A stretch of 64,000 bases of DNA from the human T2T-CHM13v2.0 reference genome, Homo sapiens: assembly GCF_009914755.1 (NCBI RefSeq), contig NC_060931.1. The stretch is one strand, 5' to 3'. The notes under the pieces were generated by a model, which did no database searches, had not been told where the DNA came from, and saw nothing but the letters and a program-made list of their open reading frames with translations. How positions within the stretch are numbered: position 1 is the first letter of the stretch; each line of letters opens with the position of its first letter. Below are positions 44,611 to 59,191 of this stretch, piece after piece. The translations under genes and the position numbers were made by a program.

Positions 44611-46569
44611 AGCTAATGGAGAACTCAGGTTCCTTACAAAGAACAGAAAAGGGGTTGAGCACACAAACAATTCAAGAGTTCAAGGGCTGGTGGTGAAATC
44701 TGGTAGTAACAGATTGCAGACACATACAGATGTCTAAAGGAAACAGCAAAAGGAAGATCTGGGAAGCAACTCCCCAGGAAAAGATTTTACCATAGAAATC
44801 ATCATCATCATTAAGAAGCCTCAGATCAGATGTAACCTATAGCAGATCTGAACATGACTAAACCCTAGACAAAAGTAATTAATTCCAAAACAGTGGTATG
44901 GATCAATTCAAATGAGAAATTGATTTTCTAGTTCTGAGGTGCAATGGCAAACTTGTAAGTCAAATGATATCCTAGAAGACAGCACTTTTTAAAGACAATA
45001 CCTTACCAAGCCACTTGAAGACGGAATAACTATACCATAATGAAGAAAAATTTCTATTACTTAATAGATTCTTTTAAAAATATTTTAGATACTAAATTAG
45101 GACTATTACATAATTGGTATTATCTATATTTCAACTATGGAAGTAACAGTTCTTCATTTCAATTAACAAGCTAATATACTGTCTATTCATCATGATTCGA
45201 CCATTAGCCAGACTTTGCTGAATAATTCTAAGATTAGCCTGCCATTTAGCCACAAGTTAGCCAACTATATAGATAAGTGAACTATTTTGCTATCATTACC
45301 TTAAATGTTGTCCACACATCACAATGACCAATAAGAAAACATCCCTGTCCTACCATCCTGGTAATCAGAAAATCACCATGTGGCTTAATGTAAGGCTAAG
45401 TAAGCGTTACCAAATATGTCTGTAGGAGGGCAAGTCTGAGGGCACGATTACACTTTCAAGACTTTGTGAGGAATCATTTGTAATCTTGTCACACTCAAAA
45501 AAAGTGCTGAGAGCATTCTTTTTTCACCCTCACATCATCCAGAGAACTGTTCAGCAATATAAAGCTGTGACCTTGATGTTCTATATAGCTTAAAGACCAT
45601 AGTTAAAGTCCTCATAAGCACTAAAAGTCATCTCTGCACAGGAAGTAGAATATCCTTCTACACTAATGTGCTACATATTATAGATTTCTCCAATATGTTC
45701 CAAATATAATATAATGTTATTTCCAAAACCGTAAAAAAAATTCATAGTTTAGCAGATCTAAGTAGAACTCCTTTTGGCTGGTGAGATGGTGGGAAGAGAT
45801 TAGGGTAGAAAGTGGAAGAAGCAGAGTCATAAGAGAATAGTAATCAGTGAACTACCAAAATTTTCATCATTCAAAATTTTTACAAATCAAAATTTTAGCT
45901 TTAAATCAATTTTATATGTTTGGTTTCAAAGATCAGCCCTCAATAACAACCCTATAATCTGTTTTAATACAGAAGGCTATATTCTATAGCGATAAGTTCT
46001 ATTTTAGAAAAGAAGCAATTTAAACCTAAGTTTTTTTAGAATGTTAGCATAACATATAGTATGAAACAGGAAACAAACAGATTAAAGGAAGACCAGAACA
46101 TTGGCTGAAAATACACCTTCAGGGCCCATTTCCAGGTAATGCCCAAGGCCTCCTAGGGGATAACTAATAGTTAATATTTCGGCTGCCACATTCCATGGGA
46201 GGTCGTAACAATGACTTTATATAAAAATTATTTCTATTTTTCTCTTTTATTTTTAACTTAGTACTATTAACTGGAGCTCTTTCTTCCCTTGTTAACTATT
46301 CATTACTGTATATTTCTGTGCATTAAAACCACTTTAAAAAAAATCTTCATCCCCACATCAGCCTCCATCGTGGGAAGATATATATACACAGAAAGAGAGG
46401 AAAAGTCATTGATCCCCAGCCATAAGTCAAGTGAGGCTTCAACAATAGATCATACCCAGGCTGCACACTGTTAGGTCACAGAACATGTGGTCACACTGTC
46501 CTACCAAGACAGAAGCTAATTCTATGAAATCCCAAACTACACCTTCTTGTGTTTCTCCATTCACCTCAG

Positions 46570-47300
46570 TCAATGGCTTCACCACCATCCATCCACCTTC
46601 TTACTCAAATCAGAAGCTGAGGAGCCACTCTGCCTCTTCCCATTCTTACAGTCCAAATTCTTGTTCACTCATGCAACTATTCATTTCTCTCTCACTTCCT
46701 CAGCATTTGCTTCAGCCCATATAATTTCTGACCTAGGTGATTTTATCAGTTTCCTAACTGGTTTCCCTTTCTCTGGCCTACAACCCATAAATTCTAAAAC
46801 ACAATCTGAATAATCTTTCTAAAACATTTTAGGAACAACCCACTACCCTCAGATCAAGTCCAAACTCTTTAACACTGTTTACAAGGCCCTTGATAATCTG
46901 ACTGGTTGCTGCTCACACTGAACTCTTACCACTCCCACTGTGGTACCCAACAATGCCAAACAATTTGAAATTACTCAGTTACTCATATTCTCTCAGTACT
47001 AGGCACCACCATTCCTCATCCAGAACACTAAAGCAATTGAGTTTGATTCAGGTGTAATCCTCAAGAAAACATTGTTAGACTTCTCCAGTTTCTCCAGGTG
47101 ACACATCTGTGTGCTCTGAAAGCACCCTATGCTTATAGTTATCATACCATACAGTACTGTTTACTTTGTTCTTCCTCCCCCAATCACTGATTATTAGATC
47201 CTTAAAGTACAAGCAACTTATTCATATTTGTATCATAATGACTAGAATAGTACTTGGAACAAAGGAGACACTCACTAAATGTTTGCTGAATTAATGAATA
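46570..47300 (+). mobile_element. L2 3' region
   Basis: caatggcttcaccaccatccatcca, tcctaactggtttccct, caaggcccttgataatctg, ending aatgtttgctgaattaatgaat. Confidence 0.78.
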
Positions 47301-49089
47301 AAGATATAAATGAAAGGCGGTATGTGTTCCATGTTTTCTTCAAGAAAATATGGCCACCAAAATGTGTATGAACTAAGTATTCTCCAATCTGCCCAATGGA
47401 AAAATAAATAAATAACAGCTAAGAGTTTGTCATAAATTTCAGGGCAATCCTAATGAATCTAGGAAAGTCAATTGATCAAGAGGCTACATCATGGCCTTTT
47501 GATTTGACTTACCCTTATTTGCTCCTACGATAATACCAAAAAAGCATCTGTCCATACAGTGAGAATGTAAGTCAACACACAATTGGCTCAGGGTAAGCAG
47601 ATTACAACTCTATTAAAATAAAAGAATTATAATCAAAATCCTGCTTCCGTATATGATTTAATCATTGCACACTGATTAAATAAATGACAATAATTATAAA
47701 GAAAAATCTCCATCCATTTTGAGTGCTCCTGAGAAGCTAGAGACTACTCAGATCTCTGATTTGAGGTAATATTCTCAATGTCTCAAATTAAATGCAAATA
47801 TTCTCATGGAAAAAAAACTACAACAATCTTTTTTTTTCTCTAAATTATTAATATTTATCTTTGAGGTTGAGATTCTCAGGTTTTTGTAGTACATCATGGG
47901 AGTGATATAAAAGGAGTCCTTAACTGCAAATCAAAATTTTAGCCTTAAATCCAAAGCTTGCTTTACTATATAGCTATGCTCTAAATCACCAAATTCAGAA
48001 ATCCTTTAAAATAGACACTTGAATGTGGTTTCAATGTAAGCACTCTCTTAGCAGACTCACTCTTCAAAGTCCAAAATGAAAGAAAAATTATATGCTCAGC
48101 AGTTTATTTAATTAAAAGGAATGGAACTACAGAGTGATAAGTATAGAAAAGTTCAGCATGTCTTTTCAAAGGACTGTAAAAAAAACTTCCAACACTTTAC
48201 TTATATTCTTGCCCTTGTGACTAAGTTATGGACATTGAAACACCTTGAGTTATGATACAAATCCTTAAACCTAAAATGCCATATGTTAAAACTCAAATTA
48301 TGTTAAAGCCCATAACTATTTTAAAACCCTGTGTATAATGTGATCTACTGCATTCACAGTACTTAAAGTACTTTCATTTTTGAACTTTTATAATTTCTGC
48401 AAGAGAAAACAATGCCAAGAGACATCCCTACAGTAATTAATGTAAGATAACAGCTTTGAATTTACAGTTATTGGTAATTTAATTAGTCTTGAACATAGCC
48501 ACTATAAGACTTGATAACTACTAAACAATTATTAATGAATAAAAGGCTGGCCCCCAGATTCTTTTATGCCAGACCCATGGAAATAGTATGTGCCAGATAA
48601 ATAGATTCTCAATAAATATTTATTGAGGTCGAATTGACCCCATGACTGGTTAGATGCAGAATTTTAGTTCACATCATATAGACATTCTGAAACTGAATTT
48701 AACACAAGCATAATATCAGCATAATATTATACTGAATTGTACAGACAGAACCATGAGTCACTTTCTGCTCCAAATCAATGAAATGTTGAAGTAGAAGGAA
48801 CAGCATAAGAATTCTCCATTATGTAGCTAAGTTTGAAACAATGGTAGAGAAATCTCCAGGTCCCAAAAAATGAAAAAGAAATTCGATATCTGGGTGGTAG
48901 AAGGAACTGAATTTTAAAAAAAATTAGAAATATACTAATATTAGTAATATTAATACTAATATACAAATACATTTAATAGTGGTGTTCTCAGATCACGACG
49001 CAAAATCTCCCCAAGAAACCTACTAATAATGAATAATAATTTACATGAGAAAAAGACCTTTTCACCTGCAAATTAAAAAGCAGGTTAAC

Positions 49090-50740
49090 ATTTATGGGTC
49101 ATGGTAAAAGCACTTCTCCAAAGAAAATCCATAGCATTAAATACTTACATATTTTTTAAAGAAATAAAATGAGGAATGCATCTATATTTTATATCAAAGC
49201 CTACGTCTCCCAGCTTTGTTCATAGCATTAAATACTTACATAATTTTTTTTTTACAAAAGTAAATAAAATGGTGAATGCACCTTTGTTTTACACGGACGG
49301 CTGCATCTCCCACATTTGCAAACTCTTCACTGTAATAAACTCTCTTTCTTCAAAATGAAAAAAAGAAAGCAAATAAAATGACTTAAACATTTAATTTGAA
49401 AAGCTAGAAAAAGACTGACAACAGAAAACAAAAGCAGAAGGAAATTAATAAAAATAAAAATGAAGTCAGAAAAACAGCAAAATTAATAAACAGATCAAAA
49501 AGCTGGTTCTTTCAGGCAACCTACAGAACAGGAGAAAATTTCTGCAATCTACTCATCTGACAAAGGGCTAATATCCAGAATCTACAATGAACTCAAACAA
49601 ATTTACAAGAAGAAAACAAAAAACCCCATCAAAAAGTGGGCAAAGGATATGAACAGACACTTCTCAAAAGAAGACATTTATGCAGCCAAAAGGCACATGA
49701 AAAAATGCTCATCATCACCAGCCATCAGAGAAATGCAAATCAAAACCCCAATGAGATACCATCTCACACCAGTTAGAATGACAATCATTAAAAAGTCAGG
49801 AAACAAAAGCTGCTGGAGAAGATATGGAGAAATAGGAACACTTTTACACTGTTGGTAGGACTGTAAACTAGTTCAACCATTGTGGAAGTCAGTGTGGCGA
49901 TTCCTCAGGGATCTAGAACTAGAAATACCATTTCACCCAGCCATCCCATTACTGGGTATATACCCAAAGGACTATAAAACATGCTTCTATAAAGACACAT
50001 CCACGCATATGTTTATTGCGGCACTATTCACAACAGCAAAGATTTGGAACCAACTCAAATGTCCAACAATGATAGACTGGATAAAGAAAATGTGGCACAT
50101 ATACACCATGGAATACTATGCAGCCATAAAAAATGATGAGTTCATGTCCTTTGTAGGGACATGGATGAAGCTGGAAACCATCATTCTCAGCAAACTGTCA
50201 CAAGGACAAAAAACCAAACACTGCATGTTCTCACTCACAGGTGGGAAATGAACAATGAGAACACAGGGACACAGGAAGGGGAACATCACACACCGGGACC
50301 TGTTGTGGGGTGGTGGGAGTGGGGAGGGATAGCATTAGGAGATACACCTAATGTTAAATGATGAGTTAATGGGTGCAGAACACCAACATGGCACATGTAT
50401 ACATATGTAATTAACCTGCACATTGTGCACATATACCCTAAAACTTAAAGTACAATAAAATAAAAAAAGCTGGTTCTTTGAAACACTCAACAAAATAGAA
50501 AAATTACTAGCCAACCTAATAAATAAAAAGGTGGGGGAGATTAGGGTGAAAGCCCAAAAACACAAAGTGAAAAATAACAAAGAAGAAATAGTCATCAAAA
50601 GAGATGAACTGAAAGAGAAAATGAAGCACAAAGAGGAAAAGAAATCTATTGTATATGCAAATAAATCTGAAACATAGGTAAAATAAAATTTCATTTGGCA
50701 AAACTGACCATAATAGAGAGAGAATGCATTAAGGAAATGC
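49090..50740 (+). mobile_element. Old L1M ORF2 fragment hosting a younger L1PA
   Basis: atagcattaaatacttac..aagctagaaaaaga..agctggttctttgaaa..caaaatagaaaaattactagc. Confidence 0.65.
49513..50463 (+). mobile_element. 5'-truncated L1PA3/4-like element
   Basis: Near-intact ORF2 C-terminus ([12 protein letters not shown]..; WRFLRDLELEIPF..). Perfect 16-bp TSD aaaaagctggttcttt at 49497-49512 and 50464-50479. Confidence 0.94.
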
Positions 50741-51519
50741 CTAAAAAGGGAAGTAAAACTAATTAGTCAACTACAGACCATAATTCATCAGAGGTTCCTT
50801 AAATTAAGTTGAGGCAAGTCACTCTTTTTCAAGTTGAGAAAAGATGCTATAAAACATGAAGGCATGTTTGAGAAAACCAGTAAATATTTTTAACAATAGT
50901 TCCTAGAGTCAAATAAAAAATTCATTCAAAATCATGTGTAATATAATGTTTAAGTGTAATATATTCAAATGAGAAATTCCAATACTATATTCCCTAACAA
51001 AGGGAAAAAAATAAATTATAGCTAAAAAATAAATATTCAATATCAACCAATATCAACAACAATCTGTTTATTGACAAAATGTATTTTTAGTTTTTAAAAA
51101 ACAATAAAAGGTAAATAAACTAAAATTCAAAGTGCAAACAATAACACACCAAAGATTTTTTTTGAATACTGAAAATCTAGGGGAACAACTGCTCAACATT
51201 TGGTTGCTTCACAATCTGTTAATTTTTTTAATCAAATATGACTAAGATAAGTCTGCCACATCCATAAAAACATTAACTGAAATTAATATGCAAATTATGG
51301 TGCCTGTGTGGGATGCCATTTCATTAATTTCAATTCACTGACATAATTGTGTTCTCTGAATTTATGAGATTTGCAAATGCCATCTCATAGAGAATGCAAT
51401 GTTCAGTGAATGTTATTTTACTAGCATAAAACCCAATAATAGGTTAATCCACAAAAAAGAAATATAAGATTTTAGTTACAAAATAATATATGTTTTCATA
51501 GCTGTATATTCTTTGAGCT

Positions 51520-52210
51520 AATTCTTAGAGCTTTTTAAAATAATGTTTAACTTTTAATATAACACTGATTAATGGTAGCAATCTTGGAAAGTTCAAAAAG
51601 GTATATAAAATGAGAACCTTTTAAAGATTAGCTATCTTTAAATTATAAATAATAACAGTATTTGGTATATTTTGCTTCAATCTTCTTGTATGCAGATAAG
51701 TACAAATGTGAAAGCGCGCAAAATAAATATAATGTTTTAATTCCATTTTTTCCACTTAATATAGCTATAGATATTTTACCATATTAGTAAATGAATTCCA
51801 AAATATAATTTTAAATGAATGTATATTAAGATCATCATGTGGACCTACCAAAATATTTTTAATCTTTCCATTATTTTTTGGAGTTTAGGTTTTTTTAGTG
51901 TTTTAATAGTATAAATCCTTCTGTAATCGAGCCCTTCATGTAATTATTTGTGTCTCTGATTATTTCCTTAACAAAAAAATCCTTGAAGTGAAATTCCTGA
52001 ATCAAAGGATGTAAATTTTAATATATCATCTAAATACCTTTCAAAAATATTGAAACTTTACATTCCGACCACGAGTATATAACTTCTATTCCCTTGACCC
52101 CTTTTCCATACTACATTCTATCTTTTGGCATCATCAGTGTAGTAGATCAAAATGGCATCTCACAGTTGATTCATTTGCATTTCTTTATTAGAGAGGTTGA
52201 ACCCCTCATG
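51520..52210 (-). mobile_element. Degraded L1ME-type fragment
   Basis: ttttttccacttaatat..atttccttaa..aatggcatctcacagttgattcatttgcatttcttta. Confidence 0.55.
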
Positions 52211-52854
52211 AAATTTTACTGTAGTAATAATGTTCTGGAATTTTAATTTAAATTATAATGTAGTTTTGCCTATAACTGAATTGTGAGCAACATTGCTATT
52301 TATAATTTATTACTGCTTGAAGTTGCATACTGTAAAACATGCTGTGTTTAAATTATGTACAGTATTTTTTTATGGTTAGATTTCATAAAATCTCCTAAAC
52401 CAAACCTGAGTAAATTTCTGCTCTCTTTACTTGCTATTACTTTCAGGTCTATAAAGATATAAAGAAAATTACACTTAATCGAATTTTATATATTTTAGGT
52501 ATTTTGAAGGCAATTAGTTCATCATAATACCTCAATTGAGATATAAATTATGCATTTATAAGACTGAGATTGCCAAATAAAAATTAAGATGCTTAGCAAA
52601 TAATGAATTTGATTAAATTTTTAAAATTTTCTCAAAACTACAAAAAAGTTTTTGATCAATACCAAAGATTATAATTGAAATATCTTTCCATCTCAGATAT
52701 TAAAGTTACAATAATTCCAAAATTATGGGCATGCATTCTCCCTCCATAAGTGAAAGCTGTACAATGCCTCAATTCTCAGTTGTCTCTTAAACAATTCCAT
52801 TCAGAAATCTTCTTCAGCTGCTAACATATTCCTCATTAAGATTCCTACTTCTCA

Positions 52855-53615
52855 TAAACATTTCTCCAAAGAAGACATAAAAATGGCCAATAGGAATATG
52901 CAAAGATGGTCAAGATCACTAATCATCAGAAATATGCAATGAAAACCGCAAGGATATATCAATTCACACCTGCTAGGATGGCTGTTACCAAACAAACAAC
53001 AACAAAAGAAAAACAAGTACAGGGAACACTGGAAAAACTGGAACCCTTATGCACTGTTGGTGGGAAATGCAACAGCTCTGGAAGCAGTATGGAGGTTCCA
53101 CCCAAATTATAAAAAGAACTACCATTTCTTGGAGCAATCCCATTTTCAGGTATTATCCAAAATAAATTTTGGTTTTTGGTATTTCAAAATAACTGAAATC
53201 AGGATCTCAAAGAAGTATTTGTATTCCCATGTTCACTGCAGCACTATTCTCAATAGCCAAGATATGGAATCAACCTAAGTGTCCATCAATAGATGAAAGG
53301 ATAAGGAAAACGTAGTACATTTACATACTCTAGAATATTATTCAGCTTCTAAAAAGAAGGGAATCCTGGCATATGGATGGGGAAAAAGGGGAATCCTGCC
53401 AGCATAGATAAACCTGGAAAACACTGTGCTACATGAAATAGGCCAGTCACAGAAGCGCAAATACTGCATACATTCTACTTATATGAAGTATCTAAAATAG
53501 TTTAATTCATAAAGGCAAAAAGGGAATGGTGGTGGTCAGGGGCTTGGGAGAGGGAAAAATGAGAAGTTGCTGTCCAACTGGTATAAAGTTTCAGTTAAGC
53601 AAGATAATAATTCTT
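52855..53615 (+). mobile_element. L1MB-type 3' portion
   Basis: catttctccaaagaagacata, ggaacccttatgcactgttggtgggaa and ggtataaagtttcagttaagcaaga. Confidence 0.82.
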
Positions 53616-54229
53616 AAAATTCATGTAAGAGAAAATATTATCAAAATAGAATGCCTCATTTAACCTGCTTTATGAGTGTTCACTCACATAGATCATTATA
53701 TATAAAAAGTGTCACTGTAACTAAATAATTTCTACAATTTCATTAACATGTACTCAACTCCCTTTGCTGCATGTCTCTATCATAGCTGTTCCTGCGAGGT
53801 ACTGTAACCCACCATTCATTCATCCATGTACTTCTTACACTTCAAAAGACTGAACTATTTCTTTTGTAGCACTTGGCATGAGCAAATACATAATATATTA
53901 ATAAATAAAAATAAATATAGGAAAATTCAGCTCACAAATGTGCTATTTGTGCATGAAAAGGAAAAATATTTTTAACTATTTTCAGAAATAAGTTAGAGGC
54001 TAGAAAGTAATCTTATGGTATATTAATAATTTAAAAGTCATCATCAAATCCTGTGGTTTGGCCAAAATAAATGCAGAAGTAGAAAGAAAGAGAGCCATAA
54101 ATTGCTTAAGGTCAGAAATGCAAGCTGAAAACATAGTGTACATAATACAAGAAATTCTTAATTCTCCAGATTTCTATGTGTCAAAAGGCTCCTGATTTCA
54201 GTGTGGAAATGAGGGTTTTAACTACATAC

Positions 54230-54238
54230 CTGAATCAC
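54230..54238 (-). other. Candidate 9-nt microexon GTGATTCAG
   Basis: The minus strand reads cctattttccaaacag|GTGATTCAG|gtatgtag, in non-repeat sequence. Confidence 0.3.
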
Positions 54239-56988
54239 CTGTTTGGAAAATAGGTACGTATAGTAGATATATAATATATAAGAATACATATGAGAATAAA
54301 GTATTATAAAGCAGCATAACCACCCACATTTCACCATCTTTTCATCATTAAACTAAAAAATATTTTTACAAAACCACATGACCTCTCAGTCATAATAGAA
54401 CTAATGAAACTACAAAGATCCAATCTTACTCAGAGAACTTGTACGATTTTTGAAAACAGCACCATTAAAACAGCTCTCTCAGAGTATTCTCCTATAAGCT
54501 CTTAAAAGTTATTTTGAAAACTGTCAATACAGCTGGGGTTCTTTTCCACCCAGTGGCAGGTTACAAAGGAATATTAAAGATGTTTCAAAAACTGATATAA
54601 TTCAGGAAAAATAATTTAAACAATATGACTGCAATTATGACATATTACAATGAAATACATGGCAGCTAGAACTAAATAGGAGCCCACAGAATGATACTTA
54701 GAAATGCATTTACATGGTTACTGAGTTTTCCCCAGTAGAAAAGCAACTATCCCTTCTTGCTCCTTATTGGTACAAAAATTATTTCAGGGCCCACAAATTC
54801 TAAAAGCATTACAAAGTTTGAAGAATATAAAGTAAATGGCAATTATAAAAAGTAAGGGTTTATATTTTACAAGCCCCAATACAGCAAGGCTTAGAATTAG
54901 TTATAAAAACTAGAGGTGTGTTACGTCTTAGAGTAGGTAACAGCTGGATACTGTGTAGAATAAATGCTCATGCCCATGGGTGGGATGTTCATAATGCTGA
55001 AGGGCAAGAGAGAGAGATGTATAGCTTGAGAAGTGATGTGGATAATTGCTTGTCATTAAACAGCAGAGTAATTGCTGCAGCAAATTCCCATGTAACTATT
55101 CCACATGAAACTTCAACGTGCCCTTGGACTTACTAAACATACATAGTTTTCTCAGATAAAAAGACAGCAGTCAATGATGCACCACACTTAAAAAGATCAT
55201 TATTTTATTATTTAGTCTCACAAAAAAACATTGGGACCCTAACCATTAATAACACAGAGAAAAAAAAAGCCATTGATTTTTACATTAGTAAGACCTTGGT
55301 AAGATCTCAGAATCTACTTTTTCCTAACCTGCTCAGACTAGGTGTCTCATAAAGCCTACAATAATTTAAAAGATCGTCACATCTTTTGAAAAGCTTTCAT
55401 GTACAATCATGTTATTCAGTATTCAAATTCATAATAAGCCAAGATACGAAACATTTAAGTTGCTGCAGGATGTTGAGCGCTATTAAGAATGCATTAATAG
55501 AGAGGATTCTAGGCAGCTGAAGCTGTGGCAGAGGTATAAATTTGAAAGTACCAAAATATCCTGAAAAGAAACAGAAACAGGAAGAGGAAAAAAAAGAGAA
55601 GGAGAAGAATTAAAACTACACACCCTATCTCAACATAACTAGAAAACAAGGAAACTCCAAACTTCAAAGTACTTGTAAATATAAATATAAACATCAAGAC
55701 CTACCTACCTCTCTCATGTGCTCCTGCCAGTAGCCTTCATGGAGACCAAGAGCAGTTCAGGAGAAACTACACAAACGAGAGCAGAGAGGAGTTAAGGGCA
55801 GGTTGAACCATGATTTAAAACCACTGCTAGAAACAGAAAGAAACTCAGCCCTTGGCCCTATATATACTGAAAAGTGAACAGTTAGCTCAGAACACTGATA
55901 ACAGAAAGGAGACTTGAAAACGCACATGGGACATGACAAGCCACCTTGCAAAGGCGTCACTTTGGAGAGAAAAGACAGCTAAAACAACAGGAGAGGTTTC
56001 TTTGGAAACTATACATTAGAGAGAGAAAAAGGGGAGAACATTTCGAATTACATAAAACAAAAGAAAATTTAAAAATTGGAAGGCATATGCCATTTGAAAA
56101 CCATGCCATCCAGTAAAGAAACAATACTTTGCTTACAATAACAGGAGAGGGTGCTCTTGAACTAGAAATGTTAAGCCATCCCAACATACAGATAAACAAA
56201 AACCTAGCATAAAAAGAAAATTGAAAATAAGGACCCAAACAATTAAGGTGATAAAAAATTCCACCCTCTCACACAAACAAATGGCAAGACACTGGCAAGA
56301 ACAGTGGCAAAACAGAAGAAAACCATAACACTCAAAACTAATAAATATCCATAAATTCTGCAATTAGGTAGATTTAAAAAACAACCTTGAAATAAGAATT
56401 AAAAACTAAGTAGAGAAATGAATGACCAGAAAATTTTAAAAGGAAAAAATAAAACACCAATTGATTGAACACAGAAAGAAAAGAGAAGAAAAATACAAAA
56501 TCACATCAGAAATGGAACGTAAATTACAAGATGCCCAAGGAAAAACAGATTTGAAAGAAAATGCAATAAGAGACACTGGAAAAATAGTAGAAAATCAACT
56601 AAATGAATAAAATGAAATAGAGAAAAAAGTAAAAAGGGTCAAAGAGAAAGTGGCTGAAATGGAAGACAGGAAAAAGAAGATACAATTTATATATAAATGG
56701 AATTTCTGAAGAAGACTTTTTAAAATAAAATATGACTAATAATGAAATTCTAACCAAGAAAGTATTCAAACACAAACAACCACAACTTATATACTGAAAG
56801 GGCCCACTAGCCACGGGGTGGGGGGAAAAAAAAAACTTGTAACAATCAACTCAGAGACATATTTTAGTAAAAGTAGTAGACATTCAAGATAAAGGAAAAA
56901 TCCTCAGGGAATCCAGGCAAATGAATTCAAACAACATACACAAGTAAAAGAATTAGACTGGCAATAGATTTATCAAAAATAAGATTCA

Positions 56989-58028
56989 TATCCAACAAGA
57001 GGTTAGTATACAAAATGTACATAAAGCTCAAATGACTCAATAGCAAGAAAACCAAAAATCCAATTTAAAAATGGTCAAGATATCTGAATAAAAATTTCTC
57101 AAAAGAAGACATACAAATGTCCAGCAGACATATGAAAAAATGTTCAACATCGCTAATCATTAGAGAAATGCAAATTAAAGACCACAATGAGATATCATCT
57201 TACACTTATCAGAATGGCTATTATCAAAAAGACAAAAGTTAACAAATATTGACAAGGATGTGGAGAAAAGGGAATCCTTGTATACTGTTGGTGCGAATAT
57301 ATATTAGTATATCGATCATGAAAAACTGTATGGAAGTTCCTCAAAAAACTAAAAATAGAATTAGCATATGACCCAGCAATCCCACTTCTGGGTGTTTACC
57401 TAAAAGATTTGAAATCAGTTTGTTGAAGAAATGTCTGCATTCCATGTTTATTGCAGCACTATTCACCATCGCTAAGTTATGGAATCAACCTAAGTGCCCA
57501 TCAATGGATGAATGGATAAACAAAATGTGGTAAATATACACAGTGAAATTCTATTCAGCCCTTAAAAAGAAGGATTCTGTCATTTGTAGCAGCATGTGTG
57601 AAAATGGAGAACATTATGCTAAGTGAAATAAATAAGGCAAACAAAGACAAATATCACGTTCTCACTTATATGTGAAATCTACAATAACCTAACTCATAGA
57701 AGCAGAGAGTAGGATGGTGGTTAAAGCAGTTCAGGCAGTAAGGAATGGGGAAATGATAACCAAAGGGTATAAAATCTCAGGAGAAATATGCTTTTTTTAG
57801 TTCTATTGCACAGCATGATGATTATAGTCAATAATAGAGTACTGCACATCTTAAAATTGCTAAGAGAGTAACATTCAAATGTTCTCACCACAAAAAAAGG
57901 TATTTGAGGTATTGAATATGTTGTTAACTAACTTGATTTAATTATTCCACATTGTATTCATGGATCATACATCACTTTATACTCCATAAATTTATACAAT
58001 TATAAATTATCAATTTACAATTTTTAAA
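56989..58028 (+). mobile_element. L1MA-type 3' portion nested in the old L1
   Basis: ORF2 C-terminal and 3'UTR motifs. aagattca is repeated at 56981-56988 and 58029-58036. Confidence 0.85.
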
Positions 58029-59191
58029 AAGATTCAAAGCAAGATACCAATGGGGCAGCATTTCCATAAGGCTCCAGGAAATAAAGGGAAATCCAAGGAT
58101 TTGTATATAGCCAAGCTGCCTTCGAGTATCCAAGCTATAAAAAAAGTTTTTAACATGCAAGAATTCAAGGAATTCTGGATCCATGAGTTCTTAAGGAATC
58201 TACTAGAAGATGACCTTAACCCAACTTGTTATTAACTGGGAAAGTTAAGCAAAAAAACTAATAGTATACATATATATATTTATTTGTAGGTATAAGACAC
58301 ACGGGAAAATACATCATGTGCTATATGCTATATATTATGTGCTGTTTTCTCAAAGTAGAAATAATGCCACAAAAACAATAAGACAAAAAGGCTGTTTTAT
58401 AGGCATGAGGCAGGAACTAAAGAATATCAATAACAGCCGAATAACCAGATGTTAAAAGGTCATAATGTTTAAATGGGGAATAAGGACGTTAGTAAAGAAA
58501 TAAGTATAAACACATCATCTAGACCAAAATAAAACCTTCCTAGAAAAAAAAACTTCAAAAATCGAATAGTAAAAAAGGTTACTAGAGAAAGAAGCCAAGC
58601 AAATATAATATAGCGTGCATAATATTTATAATATGACAAAATTAAAATCAAAACATCAGTCTTTTCAATAATTGTGCAGGCACTTAACCTACCAACTGAA
58701 AGAAAATCATATAAAATCAAATGCAAGCCAAAAAGCATTAAATGTAACAAAGAAGGACACGTTTTAACGCTAAAGCCAAAATCACAATAAAGACATATTA
58801 AATATAAATATCTATGTACCAAATAATATAGTACCTTTTTGTAAAACAAAAACTATAAGAGATGCCAGAAGTCCCAAAAAGAACACTAATAATAGGAGAT
58901 TTTAACATACTACTTAGAACAAGGCAGATCAATAAACATGTAAAATGAAAATTTAAAAACACCTACAATATAACTAATAAGGTAGATTTTATGAATATAT
59001 GTCAAACTTTACACCCTAAAAATAAACTTTTCTCTCAAATGCATGTGGAGCATCACAAAAACTGATCATATATTAGGTGATAAGGAAAATATCAGTATGT
59101 TCTATAAAATAGTAATGCTATAAGAAATATTTTCTAACCAAAATTAAAATAAAACTAGAAATTATTTAAGCACTTTTTAAAAAAGGCTCCT

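Noticed and set aside
47513-47547. Minus-strand segment with a strong AGG|gtaagt donor
   Set aside because: It is 35 nt with a mediocre acceptor and cannot be distinguished from a pseudo-exon without RNA data.
49649-50251. ORFs with clear protein homology
   Set aside because: These are L1 ORF2p C-terminal remnants of a 5'-truncated copy with a stop codon, not a gene.
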